Shown here in pieces: positions 11,400 through 24,690 of a DNA stretch of 64,000 nucleotides. Within the stretch, counting starts at the first letter, position 1. Each line of letters starts with the position of its first letter. The stretch is from the NCBI RefSeq assembly GCF_030144855.1, contig NC_082722.1, positions 1,922,001 to 1,986,000 on the forward strand. The letters run 5' to 3'. Below the pieces are notes generated by a model. That model worked only from the letters and a program-made list of their open reading frames with translations. It had not been told where the DNA came from and made no database searches. Origin of the DNA: Hypanus sabinus (lineage: Eukaryota). The position numbers and the translations under genes were made by a program.

Positions 11400-12150
11400 A
11401 AGAACTTAGCTTTGGAGAATGGGCAAGAAAGTGGCAAATGAAATGCAATGTTACTATCGTGCACTTTGGTAGTAGAAATAAATCTGTAGACCAATTTATA
11501 AACGGGGAGAATATCCAAAAGTCTGAGATGCAAAGGGATTTGGGAGTCTTTCTGCAGAAAACTGTAACAGTTAACTTGCAGGTAGGGTCGGTGGTGAGGA
11601 AAGCAAATTCAATGTTAGCATACATTGAGTCGTGTGAACAGTTTGCAGATCATCATAAAGATGTGCTGGCCTTTGGGAGCGTTCCAAGGAGGTTCACAAG
11701 GACGATTCCGGGAATGAAAGGGTTAACATATGAAGAACAGTTGATGGCTCTGGGTCTGTACTCGCTGTAATTTAGTAGGATGACGGGGTGTCTCGTTGAA
11801 ACCTTCCGAATATTGAAAATTCTAGACACAGTAGATCTGGAAAGGATATTTCACATGGTGGGGGAGTGCAGTATAAGAGGGCACGGCCTCAGGATAGAGA
11901 GAGTCCTTTTAAAACAGGGATGCAGAAGATTTTTCTTTAATCAGAGGGTGATGAATTTATGGAATTTATTTCTACAAGCAGCAAGTTGTGGCCAGGTTGT
12001 TGGCTGTATTGAAGACAGAGCTTGATAGGTTGTTGATTGGACATTGCAAGTTACGGGTAAAAGGTCGGGAAATGGGAGGGGGAAATTGATCCACCATGAT
12101 TGATTGGCGGAGTAGACTCGATGGGGCAAATGGCATAATTCTGCTCCTTT
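11400..12150 (+). mobile_element. CR1 LINE 3' fragment
   Basis: KCNVTIVHFGSRNK..QRDLGV, TYEEQL..LGLYSL, followed by a CR1-type 3' UTR ending GGCATAATTCTGCTCCT. Confidence 0.8.
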
Positions 12151-13365
12151 AGACAGTAGATAGTAGGTGCAGAAGTAGATCATTCGGCCCTTCGAGTCTG
12201 CACCGCCATTTTGAGATCATGGCTGATCATCTACTATCAATACCCCGTTCCTGCCTTGTCCCCATATCCCTTGATTCCCCTATCCATAAGATACCTATTT
12301 AGCTCCTTCTTGAAAGAATCCAGAGAATTGGCCTCCACTGCCTTCCGAGGCAGTGCATTCCAGACCCCCACAACTCTCTGGGAGACGTTTTTCCTTAACT
12401 CTGTCGTAAATGACCTACCCCTTATTCTCAAACAATGCCCTCTGGTACTGGACTCTCCCAGCATCTGGAACATATTTCCTGCCTCTATCTTGTCCAATCC
12501 CTTAATAATCTTATATGTTTCAATCAGATCCCCTCTCAATCTCCTTAATTCCAGCGTGTACAAGCCTCTCCAACCTCTCTGCGTAAGACAGTCCGGACAT
12601 CCCAGGAATTAACCTTGTGAATCTATGCTGCACTTCCTCTACAGCCAGGATTTCCTTCCTTAACCCTGGAGACCAAACCTGTACACAATACTCCAGGTGT
12701 GGTCTCACCAGGGCCCTGTACAAATGCAAGAGGATTTCCTTGCTCTTGTCCTCAATTCCCTTTGTAATAAAGGCCAACATTCCATTAGCCTTCTTCAGCG
12801 CCTGCTGCACTTTCTCATTCACCTTCAGTGACTGATGAACAAGGACTCCTAGATCTCTTTGCATTTCTCCCTTACCTAACTTTACACCGTTCAGATAATA
12901 ATCTGCCTTCCTGTTCGTACTCCCAAAGTGGATAACCTCACACTTATTCACATTAAACGTCATCTGTCAAGTATCTGCCCACTCACCCAGCCTACCCAAG
13001 TCACCCTGAATTCTCCTAAAATCCTCATCACAGGTCACACTGCCACTCAGCTTAGAATCATCAGCAAACTTGCTGATGTTATTCTCAATGCCTTCATCCA
13101 AATCGTTGACGTAAATCGTAAACAGTTGTGGTCCCAATACCGAGCCCTGTGCCATCCCACTAGTCACCACCTGCCATTCCGTGAAACACCCATTCACCGC
13201 TACCCTTTGCTTTCTATCTGCCAACAAGTTTTCTATCCATGTCAATGTCTTCCCCCCAATGCCATGAGCTTTGATTTTACCCACCAATCTCCTATGTGGG
13301 ACCTTATCAAATGCCTTCTGAAAATCGGAGTACACGACATCCACTTGATCTCCCTTGTCTAACTT
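12151..13365 (-). mobile_element. CR1 LINE 3' fragment (younger subfamily)
   Basis: DFQKAFDKVPHRRL, QGSVLGPQLF, KFADDSKL, LERRRLRGDLIE-type motifs; same subfamily as 40.1-41.9 kb and 51.0-55.1 kb. Confidence 0.9.
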
Positions 13366-14799
13366 TCTGAGACCTTGTCTCATGGTCTTATAGTCTTATG
13401 TGAGGCACCTTATCAAATGCCTTCTGAAAGTCTGAGTGAATTACATCCACTGCCTCCCGCTTGTCCACGCTGCTTGTTACTTTGTCGATTTCTAATAGAT
13501 TTTTAGGCAGGATTTCCCTTAACAAAAAGAATGGTTACTTTATCTGTTTTGTCATCAGTCTCCAAGTACCCCGAAACCTCGTCCTTTATAATGGATCCCA
13601 GCACTTTCTCATTCACAGTGGTTGGACTGATTGGCCTATGATTTCTTCTCTTTAGTCTTTCTCTCTTCTTAAAGACTGGAGTGACACTTGCAGTATTCTA
13701 ATCCTCCGGCTTCATGCCAGAATATTTGAAGAATCATGACTAATGCATCTGTTATCTCCTTAGCAACATCTTTCACAACTCTGGCCTAATCTCCATGGTT
13801 TGTAGGGCAGAGTCCTAGATTACAGACCGTTTGTGTTCTACGGTCTGTCTTCTGTGGTCACTGGCCTCAGCTTACGACTCTGGGTTATAGTCCATCTGGT
13901 CCAGCTGACTTACCCATCTTAGGACCTTTCAAAATGTCTAACACTTTTTACTTTGTAATAGCAATAACACTCACTGCTGCTCTCTGATACTCACAGGTCT
14001 CTATCATTATGTTAGTGTCTTCCACAGTGAAAACCGAAGCAAACTACTTATTAAGTTCATCTGCCACTTCTTTGTCCCTCATTACTACTGCAACAGTAGC
14101 ATTCTCTAGTGGTTCAATACGAACTCTCACTTCCTTTTGCTCTTTATATCATTGCAAAAAAAAACTTTAGGTATTCTGGTTTTATATTATGGACTAGTTT
14201 GACTCATATTACACCTTTTCCCATTCTTATGGTTTTTTAGTTGTCTTTTGTTGGATTTGAAAAGCTTTCGCGTCACCCAACTCCCCACTCACGTTTGCTA
14301 CCTTATATGCTTTCACTTTAATGTAGACCTTACCTTCCCTTGTCAGCCTTCTGTGCGACATATCTATCTGGCGTCTTCTGAACTATTCCCTGAAACTTCA
14401 GCCAGCTCTGTCCTGCAGTCATCCATGCAGTATCTTCCTCCAATCAACCTGAGCAAGCGCTTCTCTGTAATTCCCTTTATTCCTTTGCAAAACTGATATA
14501 TTTGACATGCTTCTTCCTCTCAATCTGAAGTATGAATTCAATCATATTATGATGACTGCCTCCTAGGGATCCTAATACATTATATTGACTAATAAAATCG
14601 GAGTTATTAAACACCACCCAGTCTAAGCCACTCTGAAAAGCCATATTGTAGGCATTCCACAAATTCCCTCTCTTGCGATATGGAACCAACCTTGTTTTTG
14701 CAGACGCCTTTCGAATTGAAGACCCCTATTGCAATTGTGACATTACCCTTGTTACATGCCCTTTGCAGCTTCCTTTGTATCTCAACCTCACCTATTGGC
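13366..14799 (-). mobile_element. Older CR1 LINE ORF2 fragment (endonuclease to RT), resuming at 17777-17930
   Basis: Decayed CR1 motifs (GGSHHNMIEF, DFQKAFDKV-like); the same sequence resumes after the 13-bp TSD at 17777. Confidence 0.7.
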
Positions 14800-17776
14800 A
14801 ACACATACAAAATACTGGTGGAACACAGTAAACCAGGCAACAGCTATAAGGAGAAGAACTGTCGATGCTTCGGGTCCAGACCCTCCGTCAGGACTAACTG
14901 AAAGGAAAGATAGTAAGAGATTTGAAAGTAGGAGGGGGGGGGGAGAAATGTGAAATGATAGTAAAAGAGGGAGGGGGTGGGGTGAAGCTGAGAGCCAGAA
15001 AGGTGATTGGCAAAAGGGATACAGAGCTGGAGAAGGCAAAGGATCAAAGGGCAAAAAAGGCAAAGGGGGAGGGGAGCACCTGAGGGAGATGGAAAACAAG
15101 CAGAGTGATGGGCAGAAAGAGAGTAAAGAAAAATAAATAAACAAATAAAAAATAGATTGATAGAGAAAGATTGATAGATGAAAAAAGTGGGGAACTAAAT
15201 TTATCAGGGATGGGGTAAGAAAGGGAGAAGGGGCATTAACGGAAGTTAGAGAAGTCAATGTACATACCATCAGGTTGGAGGCTACCCAGCCGGTATATAA
15301 GGTGTTGTTCCTCCAACCTGAGTGTGGTTTCATCTTGACAGTAGAGGAGGCCATTGATAGACATATCAGAATGGGAGTTGGACGTGGAGTTAAAATGTGT
15401 GGCCACTGTGAGATCCTTCTTTTTCTGGCGGACAGAGCGTAAGTGTTCAGCGAAACGGTCTCCCAGTCAGCGTCGGGTCTCACCAATATATAGAAGGCCG
15501 CACCAGGAGCACCGGATGCAGTATAACACACCAGCCGACTCACAGGTGAACTGTCGCCTCATCTGCAAGAACTGTCAGGGGCCCTGAATGGTGATGAGGG
15601 AGGAAGTGTAAGGGCATTCAGCGAAATGGTCTATGCTCTGACCGCCAGTGAAAGCAGGATCTCCCAGTGGCCACACATTTTGATTCCACGTCCCACTCCC
15701 ATTCTGATATGTCTATCCATGGCTTCCTCTACTGTCAAGATAAAGCCAGACTTAGGTAGGTTTCAGCCCCAGGGTGCTCAAAGCCTGAGCTCCCCAGCTA
15801 TGTGGAGTACTTCACCATGTCTTCAACCTGAGCTTGAGTCTCCAGAGGGTTCCTGTGCTGTGGAAGACGTCCAGCCTCGTTGCTGTACCAATGACGCTGC
15901 GCCCCAATGGCTCCAATGACTACAGACCAGTAGCATTGACCTCCCACTTCATGAAGACCCTGGAGGGACTTGTTCAACAGAAGCTCCAGCCTTTGGTTAG
16001 GCCACACTTAGACCCCCTCCAAATCGCCTATCAGCCCCGACTAGGAGTTGAGGATGCCATCGTCTACCTGCTGAACCGTGTCTACGCCCACCTGGACGAG
16101 CCGGCGAGCACTGTGAGGGTCATGCTTTTTGACTTCTCCAGTGCATTCAACACCATCCGCCCTGCTCTGCTGGGTGAGAAGCTGACAGTGATGCAGGTGG
16201 ATGCTTCCCTGGTGTCATGGATTATTGATTATCTGACTGGCAGACCACAGTACGTGAGCTTGCAACACTGTGTGTCAGACAGAGTGGTCAGCAGCACTGG
16301 GGCTCCACAGGTGACTGTCCTGTCTCCCTTTCTCTTCACCATCTACACCTCGGACTTCAACTACTGTACAGAGTCTTGCCATCTTCAGAAGTTTTCTGAT
16401 GTCTCTGCCATAGTTGGATGCATCAGCAAGGGAGATGAGGCTGAGTACAGGGCTACGGTGGGAAACTTTGTCACATGGTGTGAGCAGAATCACCTGCAGC
16501 TTAATGTGAAAAAGACAGGAGCTGGTGGTGGACCTGAGGAGGACTAAGGCACCAGTGACCCCTGTTTCCATCCAAGGGGTCAGTGTGGACATGGTGGAAG
16601 ATTACAAATACCTGGGGATACGAATTGATGATAAACTGGACTGGTCAAAGAACACTGAGGCTGTCTACAAGAAGAGTCGGAGCAGTCTGTATTTCCTGAG
16701 GAGACTGAGGTCCTTTAACATCTGCCGGACGATGATGAGGATGTTCTATGAGTCTGTGGTGGCCAGTGCTATCATGTTTGCTGTTGTGTGCTGGGGCAGC
16801 AGACTGAAGGTTGCAGACACAAACAGAATCAAGAAACTCATTCGTAAGGCCAGTGATGTTGTATGGCTGGAACTGTACTCTCTGACAGTGGTGTCTGAAA
16901 AGAGGATGCTGTCCAAGTTTCATGCTATCTTGGACAATGACTCCCATCCACACCATAATGTACTGGTTAAGCACAGGAGTACATTCAGCCAGAGACTCAT
17001 TCCACCGAGATGCATCACTGTGGTCATTCCTGCCTGTGGCCATCAAACTTTACAACTCCTCCCTTGGAGTGTCAGACACCCTGAGCCAATAGGCTGGTCC
17101 TGGACTTATTTCCACTTGGCATGATTAACTTATTATTATTTAATTATGTGTGGTTTTATATTGCTATATTTCTTCACTATTCTCGGTGTGGCTGTAACGA
17201 AACCCAATTTCCCTTGGGATTGACAAAGTATGTTTGTCTGTCTGTTGGAGGAACAACACCCTGTATACTGGCTGGGTAGCATCCAACCTGATGGCATGAA
17301 CATTGACTTCTCTATTTCCGTTAATAACCCTCCTCCCTTTCTTACCCCATCCCTGATATATTTAGTTTCTTCCTTTTTTAATTATCTATCTATCTATTTA
17401 TTTATTTTTCTTTTCTCTCTTTCTGCGTATCACTCTGACTGTTTTCCATCTCCCTCTGGTGCTCCCCTCCCCCTTTTTTTCTCCCTAGGCCTCTCGTCCC
17501 ATGATCCTTTCCATTCTCCAGCTCTGTATCCCTTTTGCCAATCACCTTTCTGGCTCTCAGCTTCAGCCCAGCCCCTCGTCTTCTATCATTTCTCATTTTC
17601 CCATCCCCCTCGTACTATCTCTTACTATCTTTCCTTTCGGTTAGTCCTGACTAAGGGTCTTGGCCCAAAACGTCGACAGTGCTTCTCCTTATAGATGCTG
17701 CCTGGCCTGCTGTGTTCCCATACCATTTTGTGTGTGTTGCTTGAATTCCCAGCATCTGCAGATTTCCTCGTGTTTG
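14800..17776. mobile_element. Inverted (tails-out) Penelope-like insertion with 13-bp TSD, later interrupted by Rex1/Babar
   Basis: CTCACCTATTGGC at 14787-14799 and 17777-17789; minus arm 14800-~15625, plus arm ~15626-15750 and 17245-17776; GIY-YIG remnants and decayed hammerhead motifs at 14859-14896 (-) and 17642-17679 (+). Confidence 0.8.
15755..17240 (+). mobile_element. Rex1/Babar-type RT, 5'-truncated, nested in Penelope arm
   Basis: [39 protein letters not shown](V)SAIVG, YKYLG...LDW; 3' tail GACAAAGTATGTTTGTCTGTCTG. Confidence 0.9.
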
Positions 17777-17935
17777 CTCACCTATTGGCTACTGTTTGGA
17801 GGTCTACATATGATTCCACTAATGGTTCTTTTACCCTTGCAATTTCTGAACTTCAATGACAGGGTTTTGAGGAAACTGGCTGAACAGAGAGACATTGGGC
17901 TCAATGGCTATACTTCCTTCAAACAGGCAACATGA

Positions 17936-18615
17936 GTAGATAGATTAGATTATGAGGACACTCAGTCCTCGTTTATAGTTATTCAGAAATGCATGCATGT
18001 ATTAAGAAATGATGCAATGTCCCACTAGAGTGATATCACAAAAAAGGACAAACCAAAGACTCACACTGACAAAAAAAACGCATAATTATAACATACAGTT
18101 ACAGCAGAGCAAAGCAATAACATAATTTGATAAAAGCAGACCATGGGCACGGTTAAAAAAAAGTCTTAAGTCCCAATCGACTCCAATAGTCCTGATATCA
18201 GGCAGCAAAAATAGACAAACGCTCTCTGCCATAAATTCCAGGCACCGACAACAGATGCATTGGAAGCACCCGACCACAGCAGACTTGAGTTTGTCCGAAA
18301 ACTTCGAGCCTCCGACCAGTCCTTCCGATACACCCTCCCGAACGCCATCCTCTGCCGAGCACCTTCGACCTCATCCCGGCCGCCGAAACAAGCAAAGCCG
18401 AGGTCTCGGAGGCCTTCTCCTCCGGAGATTGCGGACCACACAGTAGCAGCGGCAGTGAAGCGGGCATTTCAGAAGTTTCTCCAGATGTTCCTCCTCGCTC
18501 TCACGTCTGTCTCCATCAAATCAGAATTGTGCACGGATTGCTACTTAACAAGTAACGGATATCATTTCACCGGAGAGGCCGCGCGCGCTGCGTCACGCCG
18601 CCATCTTCTCCTCCT
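17936..18615 (-). mobile_element. Non-autonomous LINE-like element (GC-rich 5' head fused to short-repeat tail)
   Basis: Minus strand starts GAAGATGGCGGCGTGACG and ends AATAAAC...TAATCTAATCT; no intact ORF. Confidence 0.45.
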
Positions 18616-18775
18616 CCTGTGTACAGAGGGTAGTGAAGAAAACACGTTCATTGCTTACGTCCTGAAGTCGGATTGATTTACTTCTTTGGAGATACTGCTC
18701 GGAACAGGTCGTTACTTCCCAATGGTCTACCAAATCATTTCTTTAACACCAGCCTAATTACATGGCATGCATTGA

Positions 18776-19058
18776 CGCGTTGCCAAGTGCTTAAGGTGTT
18801 GGTCTAGTGATCTGAAGATCGCTAGTTCGAGCCTCAGCTAAGGCAGCGTGTTGTATCCTTCAGAAAGGCATTTAACCACACGTTGCTCTGCAACAACACT
18901 CTTGCCCTTCCCTTGGACAACACCGGTGGCGTGAAGAGAGGAGACTTGCAGCGTGAGCAACTGCCAGACTCCCACACAATCCTGCCCAGTCCTCTGTCCT
19001 GGAAACTTTCCAAAGCGCAAATCCATGGTCTCCCGAGACTAATAGATGCCTAATTACG
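18776..19058 (+). mobile_element. tRNA-derived SINE (V-SINE-like central domain)
   Basis: Box A-like TTGCCAAGTGCTTAAG, box B GTTCGAGCC, then GTGTTGTATCCTTCAGAAAGGCATTTAACC resembling the V-SINE core. Confidence 0.65.
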
Positions 19059-19579
19059 AGAACTTTCAATGACTATTTAACCTACTAACCAGTAAATCGC
19101 TGGAAATGCAAACAGAATCAAGGGTACGACTTTAGACTGTTAGAGGAAGCTGGAACACAGTCATGCAGTTCACGGAAATGACATGTAAACTACGTACAGA
19201 TGGCGCTGGAATAGAAATCCAAACTCTGTAATAGAATCGTGCTAAATATTAACCTACCGTAGCGCTCAAAAACAAGTGCTGAAACGTTACATGGAAGATT
19301 CCTACAAGACTAATAAGGTTAGATTTAGAATATTGTGTGGCAGTCCAGTCACCGAACGACACGATGGATGTGATTGTTTCATATGAACTTCACCAGAATA
19401 TTGGCAGATTGGGAGGATTTCTGTTAATGGGAAATATGAGATAGGGTACGGTTGCTTTCCTGGTGCAACTAATGTTAGAAAAGTTGCAGCTGAGGAATCG
19501 AAACAAGAGGCTGAGAGTGAAGGACTAAAGACATCTCGGCGAGAAGCCATTATTTTTTATTGATCGGGGAAAAGAGGCT

Positions 19580-22500
19580 AGACTGCGCAGGTGCGTGACG
19601 TAGCGTGCCAAAGGATTAAAAAAAAGACCGCCACATACAGCGGCCATCGTCGTAACGGCCGTCGTCGGAGTGGACTGAGTCAGAGTGGGACGGCTTTAGC
19701 TCAACGGGCTTCAGCGTGAACAGGTAGAGGCGAAGGTGGGTTCTGGTAAGTTTTGCTTTGTTCGTTTAGAGTGGAGAGAATGTCAAGCAGGGTGTTGCAA
19801 TGCTCCTCTTGTAGGATGTGGGAAGTCAGGGAAACCTCCGGTGTCCCTGACAACGGCGCCTGCAAGAAGTGCATCGAGCTGCAGCTCCTAACAAACCGCG
19901 TTAGGGAACTGGAGCAGGAGCTGGATGACCTCTGGATCATTCGGGAGAAGGAGGAGTTTATTGATAGTTGTCTCAGGGAGGTAATTCTGCCAAAGGAGCA
20001 GGGCACAGGTAATTGGGTTACTGTTAGACGAAGGAAGGAGAAAGGACAGTCAGAGAAAGGCTCCCCTGAGGCCATTCCCCTCAACAACAAGTATACCAAT
20101 TTGGATACTGTTGGAGGGGGATGATGATTTACCTGGGACAAGCTGCGGCAGCCGGATCTCTGACACTGAGTCTGGTGCTGCGGTGCAGAAAGTAGGGTGG
20201 AAGAAGAGGGGAGTGGTAGTGATAGGGGAATCGATAGTTCGAGATACAGACAGGAGATTCTGTAGTCGCGACAGCGACTCCCGGATGGTTTGTTGCCTCC
20301 CAGGTGCCAGGGTCAGGGATGTCTCTGATCACGTGCACAGCATTCTGAAGTGGAAGGGTGATCAGCCAGACGTCATGGTACACACCGGTACCAATGACGT
20401 AGGAAAAGTGAAGTGGTCCTGAAAAGTGAGTATAGAGAGCCTGGTAGGAAGTTAAAAAGCAGGACCTCAAGGGTGGTAATCTCAGGATTGCTACCTGTGC
20501 CACGTGCCAGTGCAGGTAAGAATAGGATGCTCTGGAGGATGAACACGTGGCTGAAGAACTTGTGTAGGGGGCAGGGTTTCAGATTTCAGCATCATTGGGA
20601 CCTCTTCTGGGGCAGGTGAGTCCTGTACAAGAGAGAGGTGTTACAGCTAAACTACAGGGGGACCAATATCCTTGCGGGGGGCGTTGTTAGTGCTGTTGGG
20701 GGGGGAGGGTTAAACTAGATTTGCAGAGGAATGGAAACCACAGTACGAGAGTAGATCGTAGAGCGGCGGTGAAAATAAATGATGCTAAAGGTTCATGCAA
20801 AGTCACAAATAGAAAGGTTGTGTGTGGTAGTAATAATTTTCTGAGGTGTGTCTATTTCAATGTGAGGAGTATTGTGGGGAAAGCTGACCAGTTGAGGTCG
20901 TGGACCGACACGTGGAATTATGACATTGTAACCATTAGTGAAACTTGGCTACAAGAGGGGCAGGACTGGCAGCTTAATGTTCCAGCATTCCGATGTTACA
21001 GACGTGATAGAGGCAGAGGATTGAAGGGTGGAGATGAGGTTAATGGCATTGCTAGCCAGGGAAAATGTTACAGCAGTGCTCAGGCAGGACAGATTAGATG
21101 GATTGTCTACCGTGGTCATATGGGTGCAGCTGAGAAACAGGAAAGGTATGACCACATTAAAAGGGTTGTATTATAGACCATCCAATAGTCAGCGAGAATT
21201 GGAGGAGCCAATCTGCAGAGAGATAACAGAGAACTGCAGGAAAATATAGTTGTGATAGTAGCGGATTTAATTTTCCACATACTAATTTGGACTCCCATAC
21301 TGTTAAATGTCTAGACGGGATAGAGTTTCTAAAATGTGTGCAGGAAAGTTTTCTAAATCAATATATAGAGGTACCGACTAGAGAAGATGCAATATTAGAT
21401 CTCCTATTCGGAAACGAGTTGGGACAGGTGTTGGAACTGTGTGTAGGGGAACACTTTGGTTCTAGTGATCATAACACCATTGGTTTCTATTTACCTATTT
21501 ATCTATTTATTTATTTGTTTGTTTGTTTGTTTGTTTATTTATTAAATTTTAGAAATTACAAAGAATAAATGTAATAGTAAAATAGTAAGAAAGATAATAT
21601 TAACCCTCCCCCCCTTAACCCTTATCTAAAGAAAAAAAAAGAAAGAAGAGAAAGATTGCCTGGATATTGGAGGATCCCCACATGCTCCATGGAGTTCAAA
21701 ATAATTTTGATATTTATATTTTTAATTTTCCCCAATTACTATAATTTTATCTTCAAAGGACCTATGTATTTAATCCTATCTTTTGTAAGTAAGGGAGCCA
21801 AATTTTCAAAAATATATCATATTAATTTCTTAAAGTATATGTAATTTTTTCAAATGGAATACAACTATGTATTTCATTATTCCAACGATCCATAGTTAAA
21901 TATAAATCAGTTTTCCAACTAACTGCGATAACATTTTTTTTGCTACTGCCAATGCAATTTTTATAAATTTTTTCTGATACTTGTTCAATTTAAGTTTCGG
22001 TATTGTCCCTTCAACGTCTCCTAATAAAAATAATAGTGGACTATGTGGGAGTTGTACTCCAGTAATTTGTTCCAAAAGTCTTAACTTTATCCAAAATGGT
22101 TGAATTTTAAAACAAGGCCAAGTAGCATGTAAAACGGTACGAATTTCTTGATTACATCGAAAACATTGGTCAGACATATTTGAATTTAATCTTATTATTT
22201 TCTGTGGTGTTATATATGATTGATGTAAAAATTATATTGTATTAATCTAAGTCGAACATTTATTGTATTTCTCATACTATCAAAACATAATTTTGACCGG
22301 TTTTTCCCATCAATTTTAACATTCAAATCAGATTCCCATTTTTGTCTTGATTTATGAATTCCTAATTTAATTATTTGCTTTTGAATCAAATTATACATAC
22401 AAGATGTAAATTTTTTAATTCTTCCTTAATTTCACCATTAATTAACACCATTAATTTCAACTTGATGATGGATAAAGATAGATCTGATCCTCGGGTTGAG

Positions 22501-24690
22501 TTTCTAAACTGGAAAAAGGCCAAATTTGAATAAATGAGAAAGGATCAAAGAAGTGTGGATTGGGGCAAGTTGTTCTCTGGCAAAGATATTGTTGATAAGT
22601 GGGAGGCCTTCAAAGGAGAAATTCTGAGAGTGCAGATTTTGTATGTTCCTATCAGGATTAAAGGCAAAGTGAATAACAACAAGGAACCTTGGTTCTCTAG
22701 GGATATTGGAACTCTGATAAAGAAGAAGAGAGAGATGTATGAAATGTATAGGAAACAGGGAGCAAATAAGGTACTTGAGGATATAAAATGTGCAAAAATA
22801 CTTAAGAAGGAAATCAGGAGGGCTAAAAGAAGGGATGTGGTAGCTTTTACAGTCAAGGTGAAGGATAATCCAAAGAGCATCTACTGGTATATTAAGAGCA
22901 AAAGAATAGTAAGGGATAAAATCGATCCTCTTGAAGATCAGAGTGGTCGGCTATGTGTTGATCCAAAAGAAATGGGGGCGATATTAAATGGTTTCTTTTG
23001 CTTCTGTATTTTCTAAGCAAACTGGCATGAAGTCAATGGAAATAAAGCAAACTAGTGAGGTCATGGAACCTATACAGATTGAAGAAGAGGCGGTGCTTGC
23101 AGTCTTGAGGCAAATCAGAGTAGATAAATCCCCAGGAACTGACAGGGTATTCCCTCGGATCTTGAAGAAGACTTGTGTTGAAATTACAGGGGCCTTGACA
23201 GATATATTTAAAATGTTGGTATCTATGGGTGAGGTGCCGGAGGTTTGGAGGATAGCTCATGCTGTTCCATTGTTTTTAAAAAAGGCTCCAAGAGCAATCT
23301 GGGAAATTATAGGCCGGTAAGTTTGACGTCAGTAGTAGGTAAGTTATTAGCGGGAGTACTAAGAGATAGGATCTACAAGTATTTATATAGACAGGGACTT
23401 ATTAGCGAGAGTCAACACGGCTTTGTGCGTGGTAGGTCATGCTTAACCAATCTATTAGAGTTTTTCGAGGAGGTTACAAGGAAAGTGGATGAAGGGAAGG
23501 CAGTGGATGTTGTCTACATGGACTTCAGTAAGACCATTGACAATGTCCCGCATGGGAGGTTAGTTAGGAAGATTCAGTCGCTAGGTATACATGGAGAGGT
23601 AGTAAATTGGATTAGACATTGGCTCAATGGGAGAAGCCAGAGAGTGGTAGTGGAGGATTGCTACTCTGAGTGGAGGCCTGTGACTAGTGGTGTGCCACAG
23701 GGATCAGTGCTGGGTCCATTGTTATTTGTCATCTATATCAATGATCTGGATGATAATGTGGCAAATTTGCTGATGATATAAAGATTGGAGGTGTAGTGGA
23801 CAGTCAGGAAGGTTTCCAAAGCTTGCAGAGGGATCTGGACTAGCTGGAAAAATGGGCTGAAAAATAGCAGATGGAGTTTAATACAGAGAAGTGTGAGGTA
23901 TTGCACCTGAGAAGTTAAAACCATGGTAGAATATACTAGGAAAATGGTAGGGCACTGAGTGGGGTAGTAAAACAGAGGGATCTGGGAATACAGATACAAA
24001 GTTCTCTAAGAGTGACGTCACAAGTAGAAAGGGTCGTAAAAAGATCTTTTTGTACAATGGCCTTTATAAATCAAAGTATTGAGTATAAGAGTTGGAATGT
24101 TATGGTGAGGTCGTATAAGGCATTGGTGAGGCCGAATTTGGAGTATTGTGTTTAGTTTTGGACACCGAATTACAGGAAGGATATTAATAAGGTTGAAAGA
24201 GTGCAGAGAAGATTTACAAGGATGTTGCCGGGACTTGAGAAACTGAGTTACTGAGAAAGGTTGAATGGGTTAGGACTTTATTCCCTGGAGCGTAGAAGAA
24301 TGAGGGGAGATTTGATAGAGCTCTATAGAATTATGATGGGTATAGATAGAATAAATGCAAGCAGGCTTTTTCCACTGAGGTTAGGGGAGAAAGACAAACA
24401 GAGGACATGGTTTAAATGTGAAGGGAAAAATCTTTAAAGGGAACATTAGAGGGGGCTTCTTCATACAGAGAGTGGTGGGAGTGTGGAATGAACTGCTAGA
24501 TAAAATGGTAAATGCGGGCTCACTTTTAACATTCAAGAAATACTTGGACAGGTACATAGATGAGAGGTGTATGACGGGATATGGTCCAGGTGCAGGTCAG
24601 TGAGACTAGGCAGAAAAATGGTTTGGCACAGCCAAGAAGGGCAAAAAGGCCAGTTTCTGTGCTGTAAAGTTTTATGGTTCTATGATAGAT
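19580..24690 (+). mobile_element. Near full-length CR1 LINE (ORF1 Zn-finger/coiled-coil/SGNH esterase, ORF2 APE-RT), decayed, with nested L1
   Basis: ORF1 QCSSCRMW..CKKC, VIGESIVR, CLPGARV, HTGTND; ORF2 [30 protein letters not shown]; 3' end ...CTGTGCTGTAAAGTTTTATGGTTCTATG. Confidence 0.92.
21488..22442 (-). mobile_element. 5'-truncated L1-clade fragment inserted in CR1
   Basis: L1 ORF2 C-terminus (C.RC...H.TW.C.KI..FW); A-rich (AAAT/AAAC)n tail at 21490-21545; TSD TAACACCATT(GG/AA)TTTC at 21472-21487 and 22443-22458. Confidence 0.85.

Noticed and set aside
14788-15543. 251-aa hydrophobic ORF suggesting a membrane protein
   Set aside because: Out-of-frame reading of Penelope GIY-YIG plus its pyrimidine-rich 3' region; similar pseudo-ORFs occur at 17230 and 26642.
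15755-17240. Penelope-mediated capture of a Rex RT as a composite transposon
   Set aside because: Penelope sequence is contiguous on both sides of the Rex segment, which has its own 3' tail, so a later nested insertion is simpler.
19302-19550. 82-aa minus-strand ORF starting MASRRDVF in unique sequence
   Set aside because: No recognisable domain, no convincing splice donor, and the length is compatible with chance.
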